Positions 29,124 through 38,666 of a stretch of 64,000 nucleotides of DNA are shown piece after piece. The notes under the pieces were generated by a model. It was not told the DNA's origin. It searched no databases and saw nothing but the letters and a program-made list of their open reading frames with translations. Source of the DNA: an uncultured Oscillospiraceae bacterium (lineage in GTDB: Bacteria; Bacillota; Clostridia; Christensenellales; CAG-314); NCBI GenBank assembly GCA_964598315.1, contig CAZRBI010000005.1:1052-65051 (forward strand), in the 5' to 3' direction. Made by a program: the position numbers and the translations under genes. Positions within the stretch are counted from its first letter, which is position 1; every line of letters starts with the position of its first letter.

Positions 29124-30290
29124 ATGAAAAAATCCACAAGAAAAACAATAATCTTTTTATTATTGTTTGTATTGCTTATTTCAACGCTGTCACTTTGTGC
29201 GTGTGGTCCTGCCGAAGCAACCGACTTGGAGTATGAATTGAGCAAAGACGAAACCTACTACATCGTTAGCGGAATTGGTAATGAACAACGTACGTCGTTT
29301 ACCATTCCGTCCACCTATAACGGTAAACCTGTTAAAGAGATTGATGACATGGCCTTTCGTCGGTGTTTTCAACTTACAGATATAGTAATTCCTGCAAGTG
29401 TCACTAAGATACATAATGACGCATTCTGTGAGTGTAGTAGTCTCAAAAGAATAGTAATTCCTGCAAGTGTCACTGTTATTGGTTTGTCTGCTTTCTCTCG
29501 GTGTAACAATCTGGAAGAGATCATTGTTAAGAGAGGTAATCCGGGGTATAGTAGTGCCGGAAATTGTTTGATAGCAACAGGATCAAAAACGTTGATGGTT
29601 TGTTGTAAAAACAGTGTGATTCCGACAGATGGTAGTGTCACATCGATAGAATCAGGGGCCTTCTATGCTTGTAATGGTCTCACAAGTATCGTCATTCCTT
29701 CAAGTGTCATATGGATATCCCGCGGTGCCTTTAGTGTTTGTAGAAATCTTGAAAGTATAACTGTTGCGGAAGGAAACACCGTCTATCACAGTGCCGGAAA
29801 TTGTTTGATAGAAACGGCTAGAAAAACATTGATTGTCGGTTGCAAAAACAGCGTTATTCCGACAGATGGTAGTGTCACGTCGATAGATGACCGTGCTTTC
29901 TGCGATTGTGATCTCATAAGCATAGCAATTCCCGATAGTGTAACATCAATTGGTTTTTCGGCCTTCAGTGGTTGCCGTAGTCTGGCAAGTGTAACGTTTG
30001 GCGAAAACAGTCAACTGAATTCAATTGATTTCTTTGCCTTCTCTGGTTGCAGCAGTCTCACAAGCATAGTCATTCCCGATAGTGTCACGTCGATAGGAAA
30101 CAGTGCATTCGATGATTGCAGCAGTCTCACAAACATAGCAATTCCGGCAAGTGTCACGTCGATAGGCGACTACGCTTTCGACGGTTGCAGCAGTCTCACA
30201 ATCTATTGCGAGGCAGAATCGCAGCCAAGCGGTTGGGATTCACATTGGAACCTTTCAAAATGTCCCGTGGTGTGGGGATACACGAAGTAA
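29124..30290 (+). CDS. BspA/TpLRR-type leucine-rich repeat surface lipoprotein
   Basis: Lipobox LCAC; repeated IPxSVTxIxxxAFxxCxxL units; C-terminal cap IYCEAESQPSGWDSHWN; AGGAGGT RBS. Confidence 0.92.
   Translation: MKKSTRKTIIFLLLFVLLISTLSLCACGPAEATDLEYELSKDETYYIVSGIGNEQRTSFTIPSTYNGKPVKEIDDMAFRRCFQLTDIVIPASVTKIHNDAFCECSSLKRIVIPASVTVIGLSAFSRCNNLEEIIVKRGNPGYSSAGNCLIATGSKTLMVCCKNSVIPTDGSVTSIESGAFYACNGLTSIVIPSSVIWISRGAFSVCRNLESITVAEGNTVYHSAGNCLIETARKTLIVGCKNSVIPTDGSVTSIDDRAFCDCDLISIAIPDSVTSIGFSAFSGCRSLASVTFGENSQLNSIDFFAFSGCSSLTSIVIPDSVTSIGNSAFDDCSSLTNIAIPASVTSIGDYAFDGCSSLTIYCEAESQPSGWDSHWNLSKCPVVWGYTK
29553..29887 (+). repeat. Duplicated SAGNCLI...VIPTDGSVTSI cassette in the LRR gene (237-bp period)
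   Basis: agtgccggaaattgtttgatag occurs at 29553 and 29790, each followed by near-identical sequence. Confidence 0.8.
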
Positions 30291-30310
30291 CAAAGAAAAC
30301 AGTCTTTAAT

Positions 30311-30341
30311 AACGGTCAAGGCAGCGGCTTTGGCCGTTTTT
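30311..30341 (+). terminator. Intrinsic terminator
   Basis: AACGGTCAAGGC...GCTTTGGCCGTTTTT. Confidence 0.65.
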
Positions 30342-30625
30342 GCATGTTGGATTGCTGTTAAGTGCAACGGGTGGGACGGAGAAGTAGTTCATATAGGTTT
30401 TTCGGTATAATCGGGATGCCAAACAAAGCAATCGAGGGGGAATATAAAAACTGTGTTGAATTTGCGTTTTCAAGCGCGGACAATATGGTTGCCAAACAAA
30501 TTGGTTGTGGGGCCAACCGATGGGCGGGCCAAAGAGTTGTTCTCGGTTTGTTTTGGAAAAACATTTTTAACACCGGAATTGCGGATATACGGAGAATACT
30601 TTTTGCACACCTTTGCAAGGAACAA

Positions 30626-30654
30626 TTGACAAGCAATTTTTACAATGCTATAAT
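30626..30654 (+). promoter_or_regulatory. SigA promoter (extended -10) of asnS-aspS
   Basis: TTGACA-N17-TATAAT with TG immediately upstream of the -10 box. Confidence 0.85.
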
Positions 30655-30692
30655 AAAAAATAGCCGAAAATGGCAAAAAGAAGAGGAAAAAT

Positions 30693-32069
30693 ATGAAACA
30701 CACGGATATAAGACAAATCATCACACAATCCGAACTCTATTTTGACAAAGACGTTGTCGTGTGCGGTTGGATTCGCAGTTTTCGTGACAGCAAAAACATG
30801 GGTTTTTTGGCATTGAACGACGGAACAACGCTCAATCATTTGCAAATTGTCATCGATAAGTCTGTTGTCGACGTTTCCGAGGCATTGCGTCCGGGCGCAT
30901 CTGTCAAAGTGACAGGCAAAGCCGTCAAATCTTTCAATGCAAACCAAGTGATAGAAGTCAATGCCGCTTCTGTCGAGCTTTTGGGCGATTGTCCGTTGGA
31001 TTATCCTATTCAAAAGGCAAAAACTTCTTTGGACTTTTTGCGTACGGTGCCTCACTTGCGTGTTCGCACAAACACGTTCAACGCAGTGTTTCGTGTTCGC
31101 AGTAAACTGTCTGCGGCAATCCACCGTTTCTTCCAAGAAAGAGACTTTTTGTACGTTCACACGCCCATTATCACCGGTAGCGACTGTGAAGGTGCAGGCG
31201 AAATGTTCCAAGTGACAACCGTCGGCTACGACGCAACGGCAAAATCTGCCGAAGAGTACTATGCAAAGGATTTCTTCGGACAAAAAGTCGGGCTTACCGT
31301 TTCCGGCCAAATGGAAGGCGAAGTGATGGCTACGGCGTTTGGAAAAATCTATACGTTCGGGCCCACTTTCCGCGCAGAAAACAGCAACACAACTCGTCAC
31401 GCCGCAGAATTTTGGCAAATCGAGCCGGAAGTTGCTTTTGCGGAATTGCCGGATATCATCGAAATTGCAACCGATTTCATCAAGTACATCATCAACGATA
31501 TTTTGCGCACTTGTACTGACGAACTTGCATTTTTGGAAAAGTTCTACGAAAAGGGCTTGCGCGAAAAATTGCAAAAAGTGGTGGATGACGAATTTATTCA
31601 GTGTGAATATTCGCGCGCGATAGAAATTTTGCAAGCAAGCGGCAAACAATTCCAGTATCCTGTGGAATGGGGGCGTGATTTGCAAACGGAACACGAACGT
31701 TATTTGACGGACGAAGTGTTCAAATGTCCCGTTTTCGTCGTTAACTACCCCAAAGACATCAAGTCGTTCTACATGAAGCAAAATCCCGACGGAAAAACCG
31801 TTGCGGCAACGGATTTGCTTGTTCCCGGCGTTGGCGAAATTATCGGATGCAGCGAGCGTGAAGCAGACTACAACAAATTGTTGCAAGCAATCAACGATCG
31901 CCACATGAAATTGTCCGACTATCAAAACTATTTGGATTTGCGCAAGTTCGGCAGTGTTCCTCACAGCGGTTTCGGGCTTGGTTTGGAACGTATTTTGATG
32001 TATGCAACGGGCATGTCCAACATTCGCGACACAATCGCATTTCCCAGAACGAAAGACGAATTGCGCTAA
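30693..32069 (+). CDS. asnS: Asparagine--tRNA ligase
   Basis: GWIRSFR, NDG, HLRVRT, DCEGAGEMF, LTVSGQ, GPTFRAENSNTTRHAAEFW, GEIIG.SERE, PHSGFGLGLER. Confidence 0.97.
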   Translation: MKHTDIRQIITQSELYFDKDVVVCGWIRSFRDSKNMGFLALNDGTTLNHLQIVIDKSVVDVSEALRPGASVKVTGKAVKSFNANQVIEVNAASVELLGDCPLDYPIQKAKTSLDFLRTVPHLRVRTNTFNAVFRVRSKLSAAIHRFFQERDFLYVHTPIITGSDCEGAGEMFQVTTVGYDATAKSAEEYYAKDFFGQKVGLTVSGQMEGEVMATAFGKIYTFGPTFRAENSNTTRHAAEFWQIEPEVAFAELPDIIEIATDFIKYIINDILRTCTDELAFLEKFYEKGLREKLQKVVDDEFIQCEYSRAIEILQASGKQFQYPVEWGRDLQTEHERYLTDEVFKCPVFVVNYPKDIKSFYMKQNPDGKTVAATDLLVPGVGEIIGCSEREADYNKLLQAINDRHMKLSDYQNYLDLRKFGSVPHSGFGLGLERILMYATGMSNIRDTIAFPRTKDELR

Positions 32070-32106
32070 AACTAACACAAAATTTGCATAAGCAAGGAAG
32101 ATAATT

Positions 32107-33405
32107 ATGAACAGAACCTATATCAAAGACCTCACCGAAGGTCAAGTGAAAATCAAAGGAATGGTGGAAACCATTCGTGACAAAAAAATCATGTTTTTGG
32201 TCATTCGCGACGTCACGGGATTTGTGCAAGTCACGATTGTCAAAGACGAATGCCCAGAAGTGTACGAAATTGCAAAGCAACTCACTCCGCACAGTTTCGT
32301 CACGGTGGAAGGCAAATGCGTATTTTCCGAATACGTTCGCAACGGTGGCAAGGAAATTTATCCCACGTCGTTGGAAATCATGTCCGTTGCAGACGTGTTG
32401 CCCATTCAAGCGGATAGCGGACAAGATTTGCGCATGGACTATCGTTGGATAGATTTGCGTGACGAAAAGAAAACGTTCCTTTTCAAAATTCAAACGGCAT
32501 TTGAAAAACACGCCGTGGAATTTTTCAACCAAAACAATTTCATAGAAATTCACACTCCCAAAATCACTGCGCTTTCCAGTGAAGGCGGTAGCGAAGTGTT
32601 CGAACTTAAAAACTACTTCGGACAACCCGCCTACCTCACTCAGAGTCCTCAATTGTACAAGCAAATGAGCATGATGGCCGGTTTCGACAAAACATTCGAA
32701 ATTGGCGAATACTTCCGTGCTAACCCCAGTTTCACCAGTCGTCACGACACGGAATTCACCGGCATCGACGTTGAAATTTCCTACATCGATTCTCACCACG
32801 ACGTGATGGATTTGGAAGAAGCTTTGCTTCGCCACGTTATCCACGGCGTGAAAGCCGACTACAACGAAGAATACAAAAAGTATTTCGGCAAAGACATCAT
32901 CGAGATCAACAATCCCATTCCTCGCATTCCCTTGCACGAAGCGTACAGAATTTTGAAAGAAGAAATGAACTACGAAGTGCCTCGTGCGTTGAAAGGCGAC
33001 TTGGACCCCGACGGCGAAAAACTTATTTGCGAATACGTCAAGAAAAAGTACGACAGCGAATTCGTGTTCATCATCGACTTCCCTGCAAAAGCCCGTGCTT
33101 TCTACTCCATGAAGAAGGACGACGACAAGGAACTTACCAAAACTTACGACTTGTTGTATCGCGGAATTGAAATCACAAGCGGCGCACAACGTGAACATCG
33201 CTACGAAGAATTGAAAAAGAACATTGCAGAACAAGGCATCGACCCCGAAAGCATGCACGACTACTTGGAATTCTTCCGTTACGGTGCACCCACACACGGC
33301 GGTTTCGGCTTGGGAATCACGCGTACGTTGGTCAAATTATTCGAACTTCCCAGCGTCAAGGACGTAACGTTCTTGTTCCGCGGACCGTCCAGACTTAAAC
33401 CTTAG
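32107..33405 (+). CDS. aspS: Aspartate--tRNA ligase, archaeal/eukaryotic type (no GAD insertion, 432 aa)
   Basis: RWIDLR, SEGGSEVF, YLTQSPQLYKQ, FRA..S.TSRH.TEF, EITSGAQR, GAPTHGGFGLG. Confidence 0.93.
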   Translation: MNRTYIKDLTEGQVKIKGMVETIRDKKIMFLVIRDVTGFVQVTIVKDECPEVYEIAKQLTPHSFVTVEGKCVFSEYVRNGGKEIYPTSLEIMSVADVLPIQADSGQDLRMDYRWIDLRDEKKTFLFKIQTAFEKHAVEFFNQNNFIEIHTPKITALSSEGGSEVFELKNYFGQPAYLTQSPQLYKQMSMMAGFDKTFEIGEYFRANPSFTSRHDTEFTGIDVEISYIDSHHDVMDLEEALLRHVIHGVKADYNEEYKKYFGKDIIEINNPIPRIPLHEAYRILKEEMNYEVPRALKGDLDPDGEKLICEYVKKKYDSEFVFIIDFPAKARAFYSMKKDDDKELTKTYDLLYRGIEITSGAQREHRYEELKKNIAEQGIDPESMHDYLEFFRYGAPTHGGFGLGITRTLVKLFELPSVKDVTFLFRGPSRLKP

Positions 33406-33476
33406 GCCGTTTTAAGTTGAAACAATTGCTCAAACGCAATTCGAGTTGTGTGCAAGCAAAACAACAGATAATACAC

Positions 33477-33520
33477 AAAGAGCCGATGCAAGCAACGTCT
33501 TGCAAACGGCTCTTTTTTTT
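33477..33520 (+). terminator. Intrinsic terminator
   Basis: AAAGAGCCG..TGCAAG....CTTGCA..CGGCTC followed by T8. Confidence 0.8.
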
Positions 33521-33981
33521 GTTGCAGTTGTGGGAAATTGTGCTACAAAGGCAATTGCATTAAAAAACAATCGAGGCGCGGCACACTGTTGATCGTGCTT
33601 TTTTGTTTGCACGTTCAATTTGAGTTTTTGCGTAGCGACTTTTGGTTGGCAAATGGTGTTTTTTGTGTTCGGGCAGTAGTGTGCGAGGCTCAAGTCCGCT
33701 GTGTTTTTTTGCCGTTCGGCTTTGGGAAAAAGTTGCCTCCTCGTCGAAAACGTGTCGAGGCAAACACAAATGGCAGAGTGGGCAAAGAAAACAATTCTCG
33801 CATTTTGCGCAACGCCGTGTTCAACAACGTTGTTTTGGGGGCGGTATATTTGCAAAAAATTTGTCGACGTTCAAAAGCAATAAAAAAGTCGATTCATTAT
33901 TCTGCTTTTTACTGTTTAATAGTTAACAAATGTTAAATGTTGTGGTATAATTTCACGGGAAAAAGGAAAAAAGATAAATCT

Positions 33982-34704
33982 ATGCCAAAGAAATTCAAAG
34001 TTCCGCAACGCAAGCAGCCCGTTTGGAGGCCCGTTTCGAAAATAGTCAAACTGTTCTACAAAAAGCCCGAGATAGTCAACCTTAACGACGCTTTGCCGCA
34101 AGGAGCGGTGATGGTGGCAAATCATGCCGCAATGAACGGTCCGTTGATCTACGAATTGCATCTGCCTGTTTTTCACGACACGTGGGGTGCACATCAAATG
34201 ATGGGCAGCTATTCCGAACGTTTTCACTACCTTCGTGATGTGTATTTCATTCAAAAGCGTGGAATGAAAAAATTTTGGGCAACGCTCATTGCCGGATTCG
34301 AAGCATTGTTTTCCATCTACTTCTATCGCGGAATAAAAACGTTGCCTACCTACACGGACGGCAGAATTGCCTCAACAATCAAAAACAGTGTCACTTGTTT
34401 GGATAACGACGTATCAGTGATGGTTTTTCCGGAAAATTCTTCCGACGGCTATCACGAAGTTCTGACGGAATTTTTTCCCGGATTTGTCTCCATTGCCGAA
34501 AGGTATCGCAAAACTCACGGAAAGGACGTGGAAATTTATCCGTTGTACTACAGTCAAAAGCACAACAAAATTGTCATCGGACGCCCCAAAACTTTGGCGG
34601 ATTTTCCCGGTAAGGATCGTCGCTCCATTGCCGAAGAGTTCCGCAAAGAAGTCAACGAACTGTTTTTGAAATACATTCACCCTCAAAGCGAGCAGGCTGT
34701 CTGA
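33982..34704 (+). CDS. Acyltransferase (PlsC superfamily) with an atypical catalytic motif
   Basis: VANHAAMNGP in place of HX4D; VMVFPE; GF; IYPLY; extended -10 TGGTATAAT upstream. Confidence 0.7.
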   Translation: MPKKFKVPQRKQPVWRPVSKIVKLFYKKPEIVNLNDALPQGAVMVANHAAMNGPLIYELHLPVFHDTWGAHQMMGSYSERFHYLRDVYFIQKRGMKKFWATLIAGFEALFSIYFYRGIKTLPTYTDGRIASTIKNSVTCLDNDVSVMVFPENSSDGYHEVLTEFFPGFVSIAERYRKTHGKDVEIYPLYYSQKHNKIVIGRPKTLADFPGKDRRSIAEEFRKEVNELFLKYIHPQSEQAV

Positions 34705-34854
34705 TAGCATGTCGATGGTTTTTGCGCGGTTGCGGTAATATTCAAAACAACGTCGTTCAACTTGTCTGCTAGTCGCGAAAAACGTACGCAAGCAGAGGAG
34801 CGACACCGGCAACGCAATGGTGCAATGTTTCAAAAAAGCAATAACGGTAGTAAG

Positions 34855-34891
34855 AAAACCGGTCAACAATGGTGGTTGTTGACCGGTTTTT
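34855..34891. terminator. Bidirectional terminator between convergent genes
   Basis: AAAACCGGTCAACAA-tggtgg-TTGTTGACCGGTTTTT. Confidence 0.88.
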
Positions 34892-34907
34892 GTCTTGATT
34901 ATGAACG

Positions 34908-35510
34908 CTAGTTTTCAAACAACCGCACAATGCAATTGCAAACGGTTTGTTTCATTGCCGAGTAGTCGATGTAGGGATGATTGTCAAAAACGCATTCGTG
35001 TGCAAAACTTTGAGCAATGTTCATTGCAAGGTGAACTTTTTCCGTCAGGTTGTCAATTTGCACGCCGTTTTTCAACAGTTCTGCTGAAATGCCTTTGGTT
35101 ATGTCGTCTTCCAGCGATATGAACTGCGCATTCACCGTTTCGTCGGTTGTGGCAAGCGAATGCAACGTGTTGTGCAACTTTGCGTTAAGGCTGTGCATTT
35201 CTATGGTTTTGTCCACCATTTGCGGAACGACTTCGGCAATGTTTTCCGGCAAAGAAACGTTGGATAACATTTCCATAAGAGGTTTGGATACCTTTTCTAT
35301 GTATATTTGCAAAACGCAAATCATAATGTCGCGTTTGTCTTGGAAGTAGCCGTAAACTATTCCGGTGGAAACGCCTGCGCGTTTGGCAATCTCTGCCGTG
35401 TTGGTGCCGTGATATCCCACTTCCGAAAACAATTCGTAGCCGGCTTGTATTATTTTGTTTTTTGTTTCAATCGACCGTTCTTGTTGCGGTTGTCTTACGT
35501 TGTTTTTCAT
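34908..35510 (-). CDS. TetR/AcrR-family transcriptional regulator
   Basis: RSIETKNKIIQAGYELFSEVGY...IAKRAGVSTGIVYGYFQDK HTH. Confidence 0.93.
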   Translation of the reverse strand: MKNNVRQPQQERSIETKNKIIQAGYELFSEVGYHGTNTAEIAKRAGVSTGIVYGYFQDKRDIMICVLQIYIEKVSKPLMEMLSNVSLPENIAEVVPQMVDKTIEMHSLNAKLHNTLHSLATTDETVNAQFISLEDDITKGISAELLKNGVQIDNLTEKVHLAMNIAQSFAHECVFDNHPYIDYSAMKQTVCNCIVRLFEN

Positions 35511-35516
35511 TCTTTT

Positions 35517-35545
35517 ATTGTATCACAGCCGCAAAAAAAATGCAA
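35517..35545 (-). promoter_or_regulatory. tetR promoter, predicted to give a leaderless transcript
   Basis: Minus strand TTGCAT-N17-TACAAT with extended TG; the ATG lies 7 nt after the -10 box; no SD. Confidence 0.65.
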
Positions 35546-35704
35546 GATGCAACTTTTGGCGTATTTTGATGTGTCGTGTATCCAATAAATAAGAGTTGCA
35601 ACGTATCGTCCGCGGCAAGTTTTGTGTTTGGGTGATTTCAACACGTTGTCGAGCGTGTCGAATGAAAAAATCTCAAAAAATGCGAAATTTAATTCACATT
35701 TTGC

Positions 35705-35759
35705 TTGACAGTTCACGGCTATGGCGATATAATATGCACGAAAGTGAAACAAATTTCAC
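35705..35759 (+). promoter_or_regulatory. feo promoter plus downstream inverted repeat (candidate operator)
   Basis: TTGACA-N17-TATAAT (35705-35733); GTGAAA-caaa-TTTCAC at 35744-35759. Confidence 0.75.
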
Positions 35760-35814
35760 ATTTTACGAAACAGAAAAACTGCAGTGACGTCATTGCGTCA
35801 CACAAGGAGGAAAT

Positions 35815-36033
35815 ATGCCGCTGGTTTTTGCACCTGTGAACACATCGTTGAAAATAGTTCGCGTTGCTGCCGACGAAAAAACAAAAAAGCATTTGGAAAG
35901 TTTGGGGCTTGCCACGGGCGGAGAGGTGATTGTCACGTCTGCCGGGGGCGGAAGCGTCGTTTGTAAGATAAAAGACGGACGCATTGCCTTGGACAGCGGA
36001 ATTTCCGCAAAGGTATTCGTGGCCGTGCAATAA
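35815..36033 (+). CDS. feoA: Ferrous iron transport protein A
   Basis: 72 aa; HLESLGL..G..V, RIALD..A..V pattern; AGGAGG RBS. Confidence 0.88.
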   Translation: MPLVFAPVNTSLKIVRVAADEKTKKHLESLGLATGGEVIVTSAGGGSVVCKIKDGRIALDSGISAKVFVAVQ

Positions 36034-36099
36034 CGGTCTGCTATCGGTTGTTCCGGCATTTTGCCGTGCAATACAATTTTATCACATAAAGGAGAAAGT

Positions 36100-36330
36100 A
36101 TGAAAACATTGGATCTGTTTGCCGTCGGAGAAAAAGGCGTTGTAAAAAGCGTCGGCGGCGAAGGAAGAATCAAGCGCAGATTGTTCGACATGGGCATCAC
36201 GCCCGGTGCCGAAATTCTGTTGCGCAAAAAAGCGCCGCTCGGCGATCCTATCGAAGTGAACATTCGCGGTTACGAGTTGACGTTGCGCAAAACCGAAGCG
36301 GTGTGTGTCACCATGGAGGAAATCAAATGA
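36100..36330 (+). CDS. feoA: Ferrous iron transport protein A (second copy)
   Basis: RRLFDMGITPG, APLGDPIE..RGYELTLRK.EA. Confidence 0.93.
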   Translation: MKTLDLFAVGEKGVVKSVGGEGRIKRRLFDMGITPGAEILLRKKAPLGDPIEVNIRGYELTLRKTEAVCVTMEEIK

Positions 36331-38654
36331 AAAGAGTAGCATTGGCAGGCAACCCGAACTGCGGAAAAACAACGTTGTTCAACGGCCTCACCGGTTCCAC
36401 TGCCCACGTAGGCAACTGGCCGGGTGTCACCGTAGATAAACGCGAAGGCACCTACAAAAAATGTGCCGAACCCATTGCAATTGTCGACTTACCGGGTATT
36501 TATTCTCTTTCACCCTACACCCCGGAAGAAGTGATTGCTCGTAACTACATTTTGGACGAAAAACCCGATTGCGTCATCAACATTGTGGATGCAACCAACT
36601 TGGAACGCAACTTGTATCTCACAACACAAATTTTGGAAATAGACGTTCCCGTTGTGGTTGCCTTGAACATGATGGACGAAATGGACAGACAGGGCAACAA
36701 GGTGGATGCCGACCAACTTTCAAAGGGTTTGGGCGTTCCAGTCGTCAAAATCTCCGCATTGAGAAGCGACGGTTTGAAAAACCTTATGGATGCGGTGTAC
36801 TCGGAATGTCAAAAAACACGCAAAGGCAAAACGGTGTTGGAAAAAACAGCTGTTTCACACTTGATTTCCGACGTTACGATAGCTTTGCGCGGCAACAAAG
36901 TGGAAAATCCGCTGTTCCACGCAGTTAAGTTGGTGGAAAACGACGAAATCGAAGTTTCCATGCACCACGAAGCGGCGGCAATGGTGGAAGAATTCAAAGC
37001 CACGCACAGTGACGAAACATTTGGCACCGATTTCGAAGCATTGGTTGCCGACGGACGTTATCAATACATTTCAAAGAATTTTGCAACGGCAGTGGAACGC
37101 AAAAACAACGACAAGTTCCAGATGACTCGTTCGGACAAAGCAGACAAAGCGTTGACGCACAAAATTTGGGGTATCCCCATTTTCTTGCTTGTGTTGTTTG
37201 CAATTTTCCACCTCACGTTCTCGGAAGACTTTTTGTACTTGGGTGCAATTTTCGGTTTGCCCTCGCTTGAAGACGTTGGACTTATCGTCGACGGCGAACC
37301 GCTCAACTACGGTGTGAGATGGCTGGCCTGTATCTACGACGGCGCAGTGATGTCGCCCGGCGTTATCATCAACAACGTTTGGAACGACATGATTGTCGGC
37401 GAATTGTTCGGTTGGATTCAAGGCGGCATCGAAAACAGCGGAATGGCAGATTGGGCTGTCGGACTTCTTAACAACGGTGTTATCGACGGTCTTGCCGCGG
37501 TACTTTCTTTCCTGCCTCCCGTATTGGTACTTTTCCTGTTCTTCTCCATTTTGGAAGACAGTGGCTACATGGCAAGAATCGCATTCATTTTGGACAGACT
37601 TTTCCGTCGTTTCGGACTTTCCGGCAGAGCGTTTATGCCCATGATCATGGGATTCGGTTGCTCCGTTCCCGCAATGATCAACACACGCACTTTGGCGGAC
37701 GAAAAGGAAAGAACGGCTACGGTACGCGTCATTCCTTTCTTCTCGTGCGGTGCCAAATTGCCGATACTGACGGCTGTTGCAGGCGGTATCGTTGCATATT
37801 TCGGCGTAGGCAATGCAGAATTCATCACCTACGGTATGTACATTTTGGGCATAGTTGCGGCTATCGTAAGCGTATTGCTTATGCGCAGCACCACGTTGAA
37901 AGGGGAAACGCCTCCGTTCATCATGGAATTGCCCGCGTATCACGCTCCTCAATTCAAAAACTTGATGTTGCACTTGTGGGACAAGGCAAAGCACTTCATC
38001 AAGAAAGCGTTCACCATCATTTTGGCATCCACAATCGTCATTTGGGTGTTGACGCACTTCGATTTCCACTGGAATTTGCTTGCAGACGAAGAAATCAACC
38101 AAAGCATCATTGCCGGTTTGGCATCTTTGGTTCAACCTTTGTTCACACCGCTTGGCTTCGGCAGTCAATTGGGCGAACTCGGTTGGGTGTTTGTGGTAGC
38201 AGTGGTTGCCGGCCTCATCGCAAAAGAAAACGTCATTTCAACGTTCGGAACGTTGGCCGTTTGTTTGACAGCCGTTGCAGGCTTGCAATTCGGTGAAGGT
38301 TGGGACATCATGGCAGAAGACGGTGTCGATGCCGTTCAAGCAATGATTCAAGCAACCGGAATAACCGTTCCCGCACTTATTTCTTTCATCGCATTCAACA
38401 TGACGACCATTCCGTGCTTTGCGGCAGTCGGCACGGCCAAGGGCGAATTGCAAAACAACAAACGTTTCAATTGGACGTTGGTGTTCTGGCTTGTTTCCAG
38501 CTATACGATCGGCGCCATTGTGTACACAATCGGTAGTTGGTGGTGGACATGCTTCATTTGGTTGGCAGTTGCTGCAGCGGTCACCGCTTTGATTGTTTTG
38601 AACAACAAAGGCATGCTCAAAAAACGCAACAAATCTACCGCCACAAAGGCGTAG
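36327..38654 (+). CDS. feoB: Ferrous iron transporter B
   Basis: GNPNCGKT, VGNWPGVTV, DLPGIYSL, NMMD, LEDSGYMAR, GFGCSVPA, SCGAKLP, PFIMELP. Confidence 0.97.
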   Translation: MKRVALAGNPNCGKTTLFNGLTGSTAHVGNWPGVTVDKREGTYKKCAEPIAIVDLPGIYSLSPYTPEEVIARNYILDEKPDCVINIVDATNLERNLYLTTQILEIDVPVVVALNMMDEMDRQGNKVDADQLSKGLGVPVVKISALRSDGLKNLMDAVYSECQKTRKGKTVLEKTAVSHLISDVTIALRGNKVENPLFHAVKLVENDEIEVSMHHEAAAMVEEFKATHSDETFGTDFEALVADGRYQYISKNFATAVERKNNDKFQMTRSDKADKALTHKIWGIPIFLLVLFAIFHLTFSEDFLYLGAIFGLPSLEDVGLIVDGEPLNYGVRWLACIYDGAVMSPGVIINNVWNDMIVGELFGWIQGGIENSGMADWAVGLLNNGVIDGLAAVLSFLPPVLVLFLFFSILEDSGYMARIAFILDRLFRRFGLSGRAFMPMIMGFGCSVPAMINTRTLADEKERTATVRVIPFFSCGAKLPILTAVAGGIVAYFGVGNAEFITYGMYILGIVAAIVSVLLMRSTTLKGETPPFIMELPAYHAPQFKNLMLHLWDKAKHFIKKAFTIILASTIVIWVLTHFDFHWNLLADEEINQSIIAGLASLVQPLFTPLGFGSQLGELGWVFVVAVVAGLIAKENVISTFGTLAVCLTAVAGLQFGEGWDIMAEDGVDAVQAMIQATGITVPALISFIAFNMTTIPCFAAVGTAKGELQNNKRFNWTLVFWLVSSYTIGAIVYTIGSWWWTCFIWLAVAAAVTALIVLNNKGMLKKRNKSTATKA

Positions 38655-38666
38655 GGAGGCGTTGTT

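Noticed and set aside
30291-30692. T-box riboswitch upstream of asnS
   Set aside because: A consensus promoter lies about 40 nt from the start codon, and no T-box sequence or leader terminator is visible.
30648-33297. Long antisense ORFs opposite asnS and aspS (476 and 468 aa)
   Set aside because: They mirror well-conserved genes, have no RBS or recognisable motifs, and are explained by sense-strand codon bias.
33521-33930. ORFs or an RNA gene in the aspS-acyltransferase spacer (e.g. 33538-33936)
   Set aside because: No RBS, atypical composition, and no recognisable RNA structure.
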